DNA of 60,075 nucleotides from Hyphomicrobiales bacterium (GTDB lineage Bacteria; Pseudomonadota; Alphaproteobacteria; Rhizobiales; JAKIUO01): NCBI GenBank assembly GCA_027069645.1, contig JALXEI010000159.1, positions 1 to 60,075 of the forward strand, read 5' to 3'. Shown piece by piece: positions 59,892 to 60,075 of this stretch (position 1 is its first letter; each line of letters starts with the position of its first letter). The notes under the pieces were generated by a model. It saw only the letters and a program-made list of their open reading frames with translations, ran no database searches and was not told where the DNA came from. The position numbers and the translations under genes were made by a program.

Positions 59892-60075
59892 TGCCATAGA
59901 GTCAATTGCAATTTCCTTGATGCGCGTTTACGCAGGAATTTCGAGCACCTGCCTGGATGGAAAGGTAGTGTCCAGAATTTTTCGCACTTTTGTTTTGGGT
60001 TGGTGGGTGATCTGGTCAGGCGGTCATTTTCTGTTCCTTTAAAAGTTTCATATTGAGGTATCGCCTGGTGGACCA

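Overview
This is a chromosomal segment with alphaproteobacterial (Rhizobiales-like) gene order, and almost all genes are on the minus strand. The housekeeping backbone is: the enolase 5' end, a DUF218 protein, tRNA-Cys, RNase J, birA, the complete 14-gene nuoA-N complex I operon (3.8-18.9 kb), tRNA-Asp/tRNA-Val, hupB, lon-clpX-clpP-tig (27.8-34.4 kb), tRNA-Leu, a CysK-family enzyme and tRNA-Asn. Four accessory blocks sit in this backbone. (1) 19.3-26.7 kb holds a CzcBA-type heavy-metal RND efflux module with His-rich accessory proteins and no outer-membrane factor. It is bracketed by tRNA-Asp and a degenerate copy of the tRNA-Asp 3' end, so it looks like an island remnant. (2) 36.6-42.8 kb holds a btuB-btuF-btuC-btuD-tonB-like operon under a cobalamin riboswitch. 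(3) 43.8-47.2 kb holds a GbsR/MarR-type regulator with two near-identical palindromic operators, followed by a tightly coupled four-gene operon of uncharacterised families (small membrane protein, SDR with a membrane tail, DUF2269-like, DUF4166-like). (4) 47.4-59.9 kb is the most interesting region. It is a non-canonical Pel-like exopolysaccharide locus with a recognisable pelD'-E-F-G core. The PelA functions are split into a separate hydrolase and a separate deacetylase. The PelD-like protein has no room for a c-di-GMP-binding module. PelB/PelC are apparently replaced by a short TPR protein plus a Wza/OPX-like protein carrying a long coiled-coil insertion. A GalE-type epimerase lies next to the locus. 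I saw no CRISPR array, rRNA, transposase or integrase. All calls rest on reading the translated ORFs and the DNA by eye; no database searches were run.
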